Made by a program: the position numbers and the translations under genes
Source of the DNA: Longimicrobiales bacterium
GTDB lineage: Bacteria > Gemmatimonadota > Gemmatimonadetes > Longimicrobiales > Gaopeijiaceae
Length of the DNA stretch: 64,000 bases
NCBI GenBank assembly: GCA_965202985.1
Contig: CBDBCF010000001.1
Location: forward strand, 2,144,001 to 2,208,000
Reading direction: 5' to 3'
The notes under the pieces: generated by a model
What the model was told of the DNA's origin: nothing
Database searches by the model: none
The model's input: the letters and a program-made list of their open reading frames with translations, nothing else
Part shown: positions 38,030 through 48,046 of the stretch, piece by piece
Layout of the letters: the number at the start of each line of letters is the position of its first letter
How positions within the stretch are numbered: position 1 is the stretch's first letter

Positions 38030-39688
38030 ATGCCGCCACGGAGATCGCCCATGCCTTCTCGCAGCGCCGCTTGCCCTTGGTCCCTACGCCGCTTCCTGGT
38101 ACCCGCCGCCCTCTGGCTGCTCCCCGCCTGCACCCCCCAGCCCGAACCCGCCGACCTCCTCATCGCGGGCGGCTCCGTTCTGGACGGCTCGGGGGGCGAG
38201 GCCGTGGTTGCGGATGTGGCCGTGGCGGACGGGCGCATCGCGTTCGTGGGCGACGCGGCGGGCGCGGGAATAGTTGCGCGGGACACGGTGGACGCCGCTG
38301 GGCTGGTGGTTGCGCCGGGGTTCGTGGACATGCACTCGCACGCGGAACTGGAAGCGGACCATGGGCGCGACGCGCGCGCGTTTCTCTACCAGGGGATCAC
38401 GAGCGTGGCACTGGGCATGGACGGAGGCGGAACCGCCGAGACGTCCGACCGGCTGGCGGGGTGGACGGCGGACGGGATAGGTGTGAACGCCTTCCACTAC
38501 GTGGGGCACAACTGGGTGCGACGGCAGGTCATGGGAATGGCGGATCGGGCGCCGTCGGCAGGGGAACTGGACCGGATGCGGGCGCTCGTGCGGAAAGGGA
38601 TGGACGAAGGCGCCTACGGGCTGTCGTCGGGGCTGTTCTATCTGCCGGGCAACTACGCGGAGACGGAAGAGGTGATCGCGCTGAACCAGGTGGCGGCGGA
38701 GTACGAGGGCGCGATCTACGACACGCACGACAGGGACTTGGGGGCCGCGTATCCGCCGTTCGGGTACTTGGCGTCGACCGCCGAGGGGATCCGCATCGGG
38801 GAAGAGGCGGGCACCAAGGTGATATTCAGCCATTTCAACGCCCAGGGTGCCCACAACTACGGGCGAGCGGTCGAGGGGGCGGCGCTGATCGAGGCAGCCA
38901 GGGCCAGGGGCGTGGAGGTCGCGGGCGCGCATCATTCCTATACGGCCACCCAGTCGAACCTGCGCTCCTATACTGTACCCGGCTGGGCCGCGGCCGGCGG
39001 CGACACCGCGATGATCCGGCGCTTCGACGATCCCGACACGCTTGCGCTCGTGGACGCCCAAACCCGCGAAATGCTGGCGATCCGAGGCGGCGCGGAGCGA
39101 CTCCTCTTCGCCGACCCGCGCCCCGACCTCAACGGCAAGACGCTCCGGCAGGTCGCCGACGAATGGGGAACCGACGCCCCCGACGCCGCGCGCCGAATCC
39201 TGCGCCAAGGCAACGCCGCGGTCATGAACCTGGGCCTCTACGACATCGAGAACATCCGCTACCTGGCCCAGCTGGACTGGATGATGACCTGCACCGATGG
39301 CCGCGACCCGGGGCCGACCCGCCCGGTGACGCACCCCCGCGCCTTCGGCTCCTTCACCAAGAAGTTGCGCGACCTGGTGCTGGACGAAGGGCTGATCACG
39401 CTTCCCCACGCGGTTCGCTCCATGACCGGGTTGGCCGCCGACTTCCTGAGCTGGACCGACCGAGGCTACTTGCGCGAAGGCTACTGGGCGGACATCGCCC
39501 TGCTCGACATGGACGCCGTGCAGGACGCCGCGACCTACGAGAACCCGCACCAATACTCCCGCGGCACGGTGCACGTGCTGGTCAACGGCGAGTTTGCGAT
39601 TCGGGACGGCGAAGCCACGCTGGCGCTGGCGGGGCGCGCTCTGGTGCGGGGCGGCGGCGTCTTCGGCGGGGACGCGACACGGCCTTGA
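38030..39688 (+). CDS. N-acyl-D-amino-acid deacylase family amidohydrolase
   Basis: APGFVDMHSH, GLSSGLFY.PG, HPRAFGSF, RGYLREGYWADI; lipobox-like LLPAC. Confidence 0.9.
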   Translation: MPPRRSPMPSRSAACPWSLRRFLVPAALWLLPACTPQPEPADLLIAGGSVLDGSGGEAVVADVAVADGRIAFVGDAAGAGIVARDTVDAAGLVVAPGFVDMHSHAELEADHGRDARAFLYQGITSVALGMDGGGTAETSDRLAGWTADGIGVNAFHYVGHNWVRRQVMGMADRAPSAGELDRMRALVRKGMDEGAYGLSSGLFYLPGNYAETEEVIALNQVAAEYEGAIYDTHDRDLGAAYPPFGYLASTAEGIRIGEEAGTKVIFSHFNAQGAHNYGRAVEGAALIEAARARGVEVAGAHHSYTATQSNLRSYTVPGWAAAGGDTAMIRRFDDPDTLALVDAQTREMLAIRGGAERLLFADPRPDLNGKTLRQVADEWGTDAPDAARRILRQGNAAVMNLGLYDIENIRYLAQLDWMMTCTDGRDPGPTRPVTHPRAFGSFTKKLRDLVLDEGLITLPHAVRSMTGLAADFLSWTDRGYLREGYWADIALLDMDAVQDAATYENPHQYSRGTVHVLVNGEFAIRDGEATLALAGRALVRGGGVFGGDATRP

Positions 39689-40476
39689 AGCCCGTGAACG
39701 CCGAAGTCCTTGCCTCTCGCGACGGGCCGCTTGCAACCCTGACCCTCAACCGGCCCGACCGCCTCAACGCCGTCAACTTGCGCATGTACGAGGGGCTGGC
39801 GGCGGAGTTGGCGACAGCCGACGAGGACCCGGCCGTGCGGTGCGTGATCGTCACGGGCCGGGGGCGCGCCTTCTGCGCAGGGGCGGACTTGAAGGCGCAC
39901 GCCGCTGGGCCGCCCACGCCGGTGGAACGGAGCCGCTACGCGCGGGCGGCGCAATGGGCGAATCGGCTCCTCCAGACGATGGGCACGCCGGTGGTGGCGG
40001 CGGTCAACGGGCACGCCGTGGGGGCCGGGTTGGAGCTTGCCCTGTCGGCGGACTTCGCGGTCGTGGCGGAAGAAGCCAAGTTGCGGTTGCCGGAGGTCGC
40101 GCTGGGCACCTTCGTGGGAGGCGGCGTCGTGTACACGCTGGCGGAGCGCGTCGGCGTGCTGAAGGCTCGGGAGATCGTTTACATGGGCGACTTCTTTTCG
40201 GGCGCGGACGCCGCGGACATGGGAGTCGTGAATCGGGCAGTTCCGGCGACGGAGGTGATGGCCGTGGCGACCGAGTGGGGCGGGCGTCTCGCCCGGCGCG
40301 CCCCGGTGTCGCTGGCCGCCGCCAAGCGCCTGATCGGGCCGGCGGGGTTCGCGACTCGCGACGAGGCGATGAAGCGGGAGCGAGAGGCGCTGGAACGGGT
40401 ATTCGGGACGGAGGACTGGAAGGAGGGCGTCGCGGCGTTCCACGCGAAGCGCCCACCCCGCTTCCGGGGCCGCTGA
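39685..40476 (+). CDS. Enoyl-CoA hydratase/isomerase
   Basis: LNRPDRLNA, AFCAGADL, AVNGHAVGAGLELAL, PEVALG, EGVAAF..KR.P.F.GR. Confidence 0.92.
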   Translation: MKPVNAEVLASRDGPLATLTLNRPDRLNAVNLRMYEGLAAELATADEDPAVRCVIVTGRGRAFCAGADLKAHAAGPPTPVERSRYARAAQWANRLLQTMGTPVVAAVNGHAVGAGLELALSADFAVVAEEAKLRLPEVALGTFVGGGVVYTLAERVGVLKAREIVYMGDFFSGADAADMGVVNRAVPATEVMAVATEWGGRLARRAPVSLAAAKRLIGPAGFATRDEAMKREREALERVFGTEDWKEGVAAFHAKRPPRFRGR

Positions 40477-40494
40477 GGGCGGGGCCGGGCGGCC

Positions 40495-42897
40495 GTGCTC
40501 GACAGGATATTCGCGCCTCGGTCGGTGGCCGTCGTGGGCGCCAGCGCCGACTCCGCCAAGCGAGGCCATCAGATCCTCCGCGCCCTGGACCGAACGGGCT
40601 ATTGCGGAGCTGTCCACGCCGTGAATCCGTTGGGGGGACGCATCTTGGATCGCCCGGTGCTGCCGTCGGTGGCCGACCTGCCGGAGGGCGTGGACTTGGC
40701 CGTGCTTTGCACGCCGGCGGCGACTGCGCCTTCGCTTGTGCGGGCGTGCGGGCGGAGGGGAGTGGGTACGGCAGTGGTGCTGGCCGTCGGGTTCGGCGAG
40801 TCGGGGGCGGAGGGCGAGCGACTCGAGGCCGAACTGCGGGCGGCAGGCCGGGCGGGCGGCGTGCGCATCGTCGGTCCCAACACGTCGGGGCTCATGAACC
40901 TTCACGTCGGGCTCAACCTGATCGGAGCGCGGGGCGTGCGGCGAGGCGGAATCGCCCTGGTCGTCCAGTCCGGGAACATCGCGCTGGCGCTGATGAACGA
41001 GATTACGGCCCGAACGGCGGACGGCGTCTCGATCTGCTGTGGGTTGGGCAACCGGGCCGACGTAGGGTTCGGCGAAGTGTTGGCGTACCTGGGCGAGCAT
41101 GAGCCCACGCGGGCGGTGGTGGTTCATGCGGAGGGGCTCGGAGACGGTCGCGACTTCCTCCGGGCGGCCTCGACGGCTGCGCAGCGCAAGCCGGTGATCG
41201 TGATCAAGGGAGGGCGCACTTCGGGCGGGGCGGTTGCGGCCCGGTCCCACACGGGGGCGCTCGCCGGTCCCAGCGACCGCCTCCGAGCCGGGATGAAGCA
41301 GGCGGGAATCATCGAGGTCGTCCGCACCGACGAGTTGGCGGCGGTGGCGGCGACGCTGGCGTTGCAACCGGCGTGGCAAGGGAGCGCTTCGGGCCGCGCG
41401 GCCGCCGATCGCCCCTGGGACGCCGCCGATCGCTGCTCCGACGACGACAGTTGCTCCCGGACCGACGGCGATCGACCCCGGGGTCCCGCTCTTGGCCCCG
41501 ATCCCTGCCCCGGCGTCGCTATCCTCTCCGACGGGGGTGGCCAGAGCGTCCTGGCGGTGGACGCCCTGAGCCGGCTGGACGCGCCGATGGCCGTTCTTTC
41601 GCCTCCGACGCAAACGGCCCTGCGACGGACCCTTGGCCCGGCCGCGGCGGTCGGCAACCCGGTGGACGTGGCTGGTGCCGCCGACGCCGACCCCCGGGCC
41701 TTCTCGAACGCCGTCGGCCTGCTGGCGCCAGACCCGGCGGTCGCCCTGGTCTTGGTCGTGGGCCTGTTCGGCGGCTACGGGATCCGTTTCCTGGACCGCC
41801 TGACTGCAACGGAGACGGAAGCAGCCCGCGACATGGCGACCACGATGCGAGCGGCCGGCAAGGGGCTGGTCGTGCACTCCATCTATGCCTCCCGCACCAG
41901 CGCGCCCCTGCAAGCGCTCCGAGAGGCGCAGGTCCCCGTGATTGAGTCGCTCGAGGCGGCCTGCCGGGCGGCGGCGGAGCTCGAGCGCCGTGGGCGAGTA
42001 GCGCGACCCCGCTGGCCGCCGCACGGATCAAGGGCGGAGCCGAGGCCGGCCAAGGGAACCCGTCGGGCGGGCGGCGCGAAGTCGCCCAGCCCCATGGAGT
42101 CGCCCCGCTCCGTGAAAGTGGTTGGCCCTGGGTGGGAGTCGCCCCACCCAAGGCGGGACCGACATCGGACCATCAAAGCAGCCCGGGCAGAGGGGCGTGT
42201 CGCGCTCACCGAGCTGGAGGCCCGGGAGGTGCTGGCGGACGCCGGCGTCACCTTCGAGCCTGTCCGGATCGCCCGATCCGTCTCCGAAGCCGCGGCCGCG
42301 GCCGCAAACGCTGGCCGGCCCGTCGCGATGAAGGCCCTGTCCAAGCACATCCTGCACAAGTCCGATGCCGGAGGCGTGGTGCTCGACGTGACGGACGCCG
42401 CGCAGGCTCGGCGGGCGTTCGACCGAATTGCCCGAGCAGTGGGCGAATACGCGCGGGACCGCGGCCTCGCCGAAGAGCCGTGCCGGGTTCTCGTGTCGCC
42501 GATGCTTCCGGTCCCGGTGGCCGAGCTCCTCGTCGGAGCCTGTCGAGACCCGCAACTGGGACCCGTTCTGACCGTCGGCGCGGGTGGCGTCTGGACCGAA
42601 GTCCTGGCCGATGCCGTCCACCGCGTCCTCCCTGTCCCCGACGGCGAGATCGCGACGATGCTCCGCGAACTGAAGGCGAGCCCCGTCCTGGCCGGCGCCC
42701 GGGGCAAGCCCGCGGCCTGCGTGGACGCGATCGTCGAAGCCGCAACGGCCGTCGCGCAATGCATCCGGACGCACCGCGACATCTCGGAAGTTGAGATCAA
42801 CCCCCTGTTCGCGTACCCGCACAAGGTCGTCCCCGTGGACGCGCGCGTCGTGCTCGCGCCGGAAGACGCGCCTGCTACGGTCGCAACACCACCTTGA
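40495..42897 (+). CDS. ADP-forming acyl-CoA synthetase (fused alpha/beta, acetate--CoA ligase family)
   Basis: PRSVAVVGAS, GPNTSG, SHTGALAG (phospho-His), NPVD, HKSDAGGV, EINPL. Confidence 0.9.
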   Translation: MLDRIFAPRSVAVVGASADSAKRGHQILRALDRTGYCGAVHAVNPLGGRILDRPVLPSVADLPEGVDLAVLCTPAATAPSLVRACGRRGVGTAVVLAVGFGESGAEGERLEAELRAAGRAGGVRIVGPNTSGLMNLHVGLNLIGARGVRRGGIALVVQSGNIALALMNEITARTADGVSICCGLGNRADVGFGEVLAYLGEHEPTRAVVVHAEGLGDGRDFLRAASTAAQRKPVIVIKGGRTSGGAVAARSHTGALAGPSDRLRAGMKQAGIIEVVRTDELAAVAATLALQPAWQGSASGRAAADRPWDAADRCSDDDSCSRTDGDRPRGPALGPDPCPGVAILSDGGGQSVLAVDALSRLDAPMAVLSPPTQTALRRTLGPAAAVGNPVDVAGAADADPRAFSNAVGLLAPDPAVALVLVVGLFGGYGIRFLDRLTATETEAARDMATTMRAAGKGLVVHSIYASRTSAPLQALREAQVPVIESLEAACRAAAELERRGRVARPRWPPHGSRAEPRPAKGTRRAGGAKSPSPMESPRSVKVVGPGWESPHPRRDRHRTIKAARAEGRVALTELEAREVLADAGVTFEPVRIARSVSEAAAAAANAGRPVAMKALSKHILHKSDAGGVVLDVTDAAQARRAFDRIARAVGEYARDRGLAEEPCRVLVSPMLPVPVAELLVGACRDPQLGPVLTVGAGGVWTEVLADAVHRVLPVPDGEIATMLRELKASPVLAGARGKPAACVDAIVEAATAVAQCIRTHRDISEVEINPLFAYPHKVVPVDARVVLAPEDAPATVATPP
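41401..41484 (+). repeat. Degenerate in-frame 21-bp tandem repeat inside the acyl-CoA synthetase
   Basis: gccgccgatcgcccctgggac / gccgccgatcgctgctccgac / gacgacagttgctcccggacc / gacggcgatcgaccccggggt. Confidence 0.5.
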
Positions 42898-44143
42898 CGG
42901 CTTTGCTGCTGCGGTGGTCGAAGGCGGCCCGGAGGGCGTCTCGGTAACGCCGCAGCGGAAACGAATGCGTAACCAGCCGCGACAGTGCGCCGGGGTCCGC
43001 CGCCATGCGCTCCAGGGCGATCTCGAAGGTGTGGCGTCGGCGGCCCTCCCACTCCTCGGCGCCGTAGCCCACGTAGCCCTGGATGCGCAGCTCCCTGGCC
43101 CACAAGAACGTTAGGTCCAGCTTGCGCAGCTGACCGGCGCAGCCCAGAAGCACCACCCTTCCCCCAGCCGACGCGAAGCGCAGCGACTGGCGCACGCTGG
43201 ACTCGCTCCCCACGCAATCGAAGACGTAGGCGAAGCCACCCCCCGCATACACCTCGTCCCCAACGACGGGCATGTACGCCCGAGCCCCCGTGTCCACCAT
43301 CGCTTGGCGGGCTTCGTCGCCGGGCTTCACCGTCTCGCCGGCGCCCAACGCTTGGGCCAGCGACGCCTCGTGGGGCCGCTTCGCCTGCGCGACCAGTCGG
43401 CCTTCGTAGCCCAGCGTCCGCAACGCCCAGACGGTAGCCAGCGCAATTGTCCCGCTGCCGACCACCAGCACCGGACCGGGTGAATCGAGCACACCGCACT
43501 GCAACACGCCGTGAACGCCGATCGCCAACGGTTCGGCAAGGACCGCGACCCGGTCGTCCAACGAGTCCGGCACCAGAAAGACTTGTCGCTTGTGGGCCAC
43601 GATCTGCTCGCCCCAGCCGCCGGGCAGGTCGCGGTGGTAGCCGATCGCCAGCCCCGGCGCCAGTCGCCCGCCAAGCGGACCGCCCTTGCCCGTCGCCCTC
43701 TCCACGCCTTCCTCGCCCGCCATTTCGCAAGTCGCGTGGCGGCCCGTCGCGCACGAGGGGCACCACTCGGTTCGCCCGTAGCCCCGGACCTCGCAGTGGA
43801 TCATCGGATCGACCACCACGCGCTGGCCCGGCGACACGCCGGTCGCGCTCGGCCCCGCCTCCACGACCCGCCCGAGCACCTCGTGGCCCAGCACGGCGGG
43901 AAAGGACCCGAACGGCTCCATCGCGGGGCTGGACCGAAAGGCGATGTTGCCCAGATCGCTTCCGCAGATGCCGCACAGCACCACCTCGATGCGAACCCAG
44001 TCGTCGCCGGGCAGCTCGGGCGCGTCCCGCTCGACGAAGCGCACGCCCGACAACCGGCCGTGAACGACGGAGTCGGTTGCTCGGCCCAGCGTGCGGGCAA
44101 GGACGTAGCCCGGGATCGTAACGTTGAACTGGACGGCTTTCAC
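42875..44143 (-). CDS. Zinc-dependent medium-chain dehydrogenase
   Basis: GICGSD, GHE, structural Zn cysteines, GSGTIA. Confidence 0.9.
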   Translation of the reverse strand: MKAVQFNVTIPGYVLARTLGRATDSVVHGRLSGVRFVERDAPELPGDDWVRIEVVLCGICGSDLGNIAFRSSPAMEPFGSFPAVLGHEVLGRVVEAGPSATGVSPGQRVVVDPMIHCEVRGYGRTEWCPSCATGRHATCEMAGEEGVERATGKGGPLGGRLAPGLAIGYHRDLPGGWGEQIVAHKRQVFLVPDSLDDRVAVLAEPLAIGVHGVLQCGVLDSPGPVLVVGSGTIALATVWALRTLGYEGRLVAQAKRPHEASLAQALGAGETVKPGDEARQAMVDTGARAYMPVVGDEVYAGGGFAYVFDCVGSESSVRQSLRFASAGGRVVLLGCAGQLRKLDLTFLWARELRIQGYVGYGAEEWEGRRRHTFEIALERMAADPGALSRLVTHSFPLRRYRDALRAAFDHRSSKAVKVVLRP

Positions 44144-44232
44144 TGGCGTCGGCGGGTTGCGGAGCAGGTTGCAACGGGTGCGGACGTGTAAGGTGGGCCG
44201 AGCGCCGTCGCCGGGAAACCATGCCGCTCGTG

Positions 44233-44442
44233 TCAGGACCAGAACAGGTGCCGCAGGGGCTGCACCGCCGCAAGAACGGAAAGGGGGTCAGCCGATCGGG
44301 ACACCAATCCCGACGCGGACCGATACGACTCGGTTCTTGTAGTCGACCTGGTCGTGTTTTCTTGCGCCAGCGTCGGGCAAGGCGTCAGCGAGAAGGCCGT
44401 CGCGGCCACGGCTGCGTTGACGAAGATGCGATGGGTGCGCAT
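44233..44442 (-). pseudogene. Short signal-peptide ORF, probably an internally deleted outer-membrane beta-barrel gene
   Basis: AAGGGAGG RBS and a signal peptide ending TLA-Q; an alternative frame encodes DYKNRVVSVRVGIGVPIG-stop (44288), resembling a terminal barrel strand. Confidence 0.4.
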
Positions 44443-44458
44443 GGGTTGCCTCCCTTGG

Positions 44459-45457
44459 TTAGGTCGAAGGTTGGAGAGGACCGCACTGCGGTAGGCCGCC
44501 GTCGTCGGACATCGTGGTTACACGCATCTTGCGATGGACGGCTGTGCCGAAGAAGCCCGTGCCATCGCCGAAGACCGACGGAACGCGGACCTGACCCGAC
44601 GGATGGTACGGACCGGCGCGTGCCCAGTTCGACCAGTTGCGATCCACGGCCGATACCGAAACGCCGGCTGTTGCTCCGGCGGGCAGCCCGTCTTGCAGGG
44701 AGACGAGGAGCCTGCGCGATTCCTCGCCGTCCACGTACTCGTCAATTGCGACAAACTCACTGGGGAAAACGGCCTCCGTTTGCTGGCGTCCGTTCAGCAG
44801 CCGGCTCAGGTAGAGCGAATCTGCGCCGTCCGCTCCAATCCCCTCCATTTCCGCCTCGAGCAAGTAGCCCCAGGCATCGTCGGCCGGCGTCCAGTCCAGC
44901 TTGACGCGCGCATCGGGTGGAAGCCGGCATCGTCCATCGGCGAGCGCAACGCCCTGCAAGCCGAACGCACCCGGCACTCGGCTGAGGGCGGCGAGCTCTC
45001 GACCGTCCGCCGTCAGCACGGTCAGCTCAAGCGCTTCGCCGGGAAGGAACGCTGCCGCCGATCGACGCGGCCGATAGCACGACGCACCGGCGTTCCTCTT
45101 CAAGTAAAGGCTGCCCAGGGAGTCGCGGGCGAGGCACAAGTCCAAGCGCGTCTCCTCTACGAACTCAATCGTTCGGCCCAACGAACCGGCTATGCGTATG
45201 TTGGCCCCGTTCATCGCCTCCACCTTGGTGCCGAACAGCCGATGGAGAAGAAGTGGCGCGGCCATTTCGACCACGAAAGGGTCGTCCGCGACGGCGACGG
45301 CTGGCTGCAGCGTCAACACGATCGCTCCCTGCAGGACGACCATGTCGTCGGCTTCTGCGATTGCGACCTCGGTCAGGTCGCACCCGGGCAAGACGTAAGC
45401 CGCCAGCGCGACGACAAGCTTGGCCGCGAGTCCGGGCACTGGTGCTCTCGGCGTCAT
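44459..45457 (-). CDS. DUF4249-like lipoprotein
   Basis: Lipobox LPGC; C-terminal SVFGDGTGFFG; TGATG-coupled to the TonB receptor gene. Confidence 0.7.
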   Translation of the reverse strand: MTPRAPVPGLAAKLVVALAAYVLPGCDLTEVAIAEADDMVVLQGAIVLTLQPAVAVADDPFVVEMAAPLLLHRLFGTKVEAMNGANIRIAGSLGRTIEFVEETRLDLCLARDSLGSLYLKRNAGASCYRPRRSAAAFLPGEALELTVLTADGRELAALSRVPGAFGLQGVALADGRCRLPPDARVKLDWTPADDAWGYLLEAEMEGIGADGADSLYLSRLLNGRQQTEAVFPSEFVAIDEYVDGEESRRLLVSLQDGLPAGATAGVSVSAVDRNWSNWARAGPYHPSGQVRVPSVFGDGTGFFGTAVHRKMRVTTMSDDGGLPQCGPLQPST

Positions 45458-47853
45458 CAGAACGACACCTCCACTCCGATGGTGGGCAAAAACGGGATCA
45501 TCGATACGCCCGTGCGCGTGGGCGGCGTCTGATCGTGGTCGAAGAAGTACACGAAGACGTTCTTGCGGTTGTACACGTTGAGTATGCTCAAGTAAGGCAC
45601 GAACCGGCCCCATTCTCGTTCCACGTGCTTGCGGAAACTGATGTCGAGTCGGTGGCGAAGCGGATAGCGATTGCCGTTCCTGGGACCCAGGAGAACGCCG
45701 ATCGCGGAGTCGTCTAGGACGCTGGTTGCGGGCCGGTGGTCGTGGACCCAATAGCGGCCAAAGGGACGCGTGTACGGCAGTCCAGTGCCGAAGTTGAAGC
45801 GAACGGCAGCGTCGACGCCCCACCGCAGGCGCCGGCGAAGCACAAGGTCGAGGTCCAGTCGTCGGTCGAACACCGGAGGGAAGCTGACCTCCGGCGCGGG
45901 GTCCAAACCCAGTCTCGTATCCGGAAAGGTTCGCCTCGTGTGCAGAAGCGATGCCGAGACCCACCCCGTCATTGCTCCTCGGTCGCGTTTGCCGTACAAG
46001 TCCAAGCCGTAGGCGACCCCGGTTCCCGACAGCAAGTCGTCCCGAGGATCTTCGGGGTCGTCGATGAAGTTGCGCGTGATCACGCCGCGGAACGTTCTGT
46101 AGTAGCCTTCGGCAGCGACGAACCAATCGTCCGCGCTTCCGATGAAGCGCTCGAAGCCCAGTTGCACCTGGTCCGACACCACTTGAGGCACGTCGGCGCC
46201 CGCCAGGACCCATATGTCGATGCCGAGAGGCAAGTCTTCGTTGCGCAGGGAGTGCAGCGACTGCGAGTATCTTCCGACAGCCAGCCGGATCGCTGCTCTT
46301 CGGTTCGCCAGGAACCGCTTTGCCGCTGCGCGCGGCGACGCCACAATCTTCCCGCCGTCCTCGCCGGCTCGCCATTGGTCGACGCGAACTCCCGTTTCCA
46401 GCAGCCATCGCGAGCTTGGCCGCCACTGGAGCTGCGTGTATCCAGAGATCTCGCGACCGTCTCCTCCGCGCCGTGCGGCGCTGCCCAGCCCGAGTTCGCT
46501 CCACACGCCAGGCAGTTGATTGCCGTACCGCGCGCGCACTGCCGCCAACCCCGTCTTCCAGATGCTGCGCGGAGTGGGACGGCGCTCCAGGTCGACGCCC
46601 GCGGTCAGCTGCCTCACATCCGTCGCAAACCGGGAGCGGTCGCGGAACTCGGGAAATGACATGTTGGACCGAAACTTCGTCCACGAGGCACGAACCTCGA
46701 GATGCCCTCCGCCCGTCATCGGGTTCGTCCACGCCGCGCCCACAGCGCTGTTACCCCAATCCCAAAGCAGGCGAGGCAGGTCGTCGCCTCCGCTGGCAGC
46801 GCTCGTACCCGAACGGAAGGACTCTCCCAGGTCCACGTCGTCCTTGCCGTGATATGCGGTAAGGCGAATTCGGTTGCCGCCGCGCGTCCATGCCTCGAAC
46901 ACGCCTTGGTAGTCAACCAAATGGTAGGGAACGTCCGCCCAAGGACTCAAGACCACGTCGGCGTACGACCTGCGAGCGGACATGCGCCACCGAGAGTTGA
47001 CGAGTCCTACGCCCTCGGCCAGCCCAGCGGGCAAGGTGCCGTTGACCGCGATCCGGGACGCCAGCAAGCTGACGCCAACGTCAGCCCCGAGACGCCCGTC
47101 GCCGTGGTCCGATTCGACCAGCAGTACCGACGACACGCGCCCCCCGTACTCCGGCGAGAAGCCGCCGGACCGAAGCTCGGCGGTGCGAACCATGTCGGCA
47201 TTGAAGACCGAGAAGAAGCCGCCCAGATGGAAGGGATTGAAGATGGGAACCCTGTCCAGCAGAATCAGATTCTGGTCCGCCGATCCGCCGCGAACGTTGA
47301 ACGCGGCGGAGAAATCCGACACCGTGTTCACGCCGGGCAGCACGTCGACCGCCCTAATCGGGTCGGCCTCGACCAGCGACGGCACGGCCTTCAGGTCCGT
47401 CCCCGCGATCTCGTAAGCCGTCCGCCCCGCCGCATCCTCGAAACGCGCCCGCAGGCGGCCCCGCTCCGCCTCCACGCTGACCCCCGGCAGGGCCACCGCA
47501 TCGGCCGCAAGCGCGATCTCCAGCGCGACATCGCGTTCGCTCACGTGCACTGGGCGGTTGTGTCTCGCGTATCCGATCCGTTCGATTTCCAGCGTGTAGG
47601 CGCCCGCCGCCACCTCGTAGAAGGCGAAGTACCCCAGCGCATCGGTGCCGACAGTGCGAAGCCGAGCCGCGTTCTCCACCGGAATCAGCCGGACCGTCGC
47701 GTCCTCGATCGGCACGCCGTCGCTCCCCAAGGCGCGCCCATTGACCACCATGCGTTGCGCGACGCCGGCGGCAGGCAGGACCAGGGCGATCGCCGCAAGC
47801 GCCGTGCCGACCAGAGTCGAACCAAGTCGAACTCCTTTGCCTGTAACGACCAT
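45457..47853 (-). CDS. TonB-dependent receptor with N-terminal carboxypeptidase-regulatory-like domain
   Basis: LPGV, NVRGGSADQN, FSPEYGGRVSSV plug motifs; LNVYNRKN; C-terminal Phe; AAGGAGG RBS. Confidence 0.92.
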   Translation of the reverse strand: MVVTGKGVRLGSTLVGTALAAIALVLPAAGVAQRMVVNGRALGSDGVPIEDATVRLIPVENAARLRTVGTDALGYFAFYEVAAGAYTLEIERIGYARHNRPVHVSERDVALEIALAADAVALPGVSVEAERGRLRARFEDAAGRTAYEIAGTDLKAVPSLVEADPIRAVDVLPGVNTVSDFSAAFNVRGGSADQNLILLDRVPIFNPFHLGGFFSVFNADMVRTAELRSGGFSPEYGGRVSSVLLVESDHGDGRLGADVGVSLLASRIAVNGTLPAGLAEGVGLVNSRWRMSARRSYADVVLSPWADVPYHLVDYQGVFEAWTRGGNRIRLTAYHGKDDVDLGESFRSGTSAASGGDDLPRLLWDWGNSAVGAAWTNPMTGGGHLEVRASWTKFRSNMSFPEFRDRSRFATDVRQLTAGVDLERRPTPRSIWKTGLAAVRARYGNQLPGVWSELGLGSAARRGGDGREISGYTQLQWRPSSRWLLETGVRVDQWRAGEDGGKIVASPRAAAKRFLANRRAAIRLAVGRYSQSLHSLRNEDLPLGIDIWVLAGADVPQVVSDQVQLGFERFIGSADDWFVAAEGYYRTFRGVITRNFIDDPEDPRDDLLSGTGVAYGLDLYGKRDRGAMTGWVSASLLHTRRTFPDTRLGLDPAPEVSFPPVFDRRLDLDLVLRRRLRWGVDAAVRFNFGTGLPYTRPFGRYWVHDHRPATSVLDDSAIGVLLGPRNGNRYPLRHRLDISFRKHVEREWGRFVPYLSILNVYNRKNVFVYFFDHDQTPPTRTGVSMIPFLPTIGVEVSF

Positions 47854-48046
47854 GACGACCTCCTTTCCCACTTTGGTACCTACTCCAGCAATATTCGTGC
47901 CACAAATCCGTGACCGATTCGCAAGACTTGGCTTGTCGGTGCACGCTCGCGTCGCTTGTGGCCGCGCCCGGCCGACTCTATTGTGGCCCCGTTACCGGTA
48001 GTGGTCTTGCTAACTCGCGTCCCCGCCACGGAGGCAATGGGCAAAG

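Noticed and set aside
47872..48046. Possible cobalamin or other riboswitch upstream of the TonB receptor
   Set aside because: No recognisable conserved riboswitch motifs by eye; an Rfam scan would be needed.
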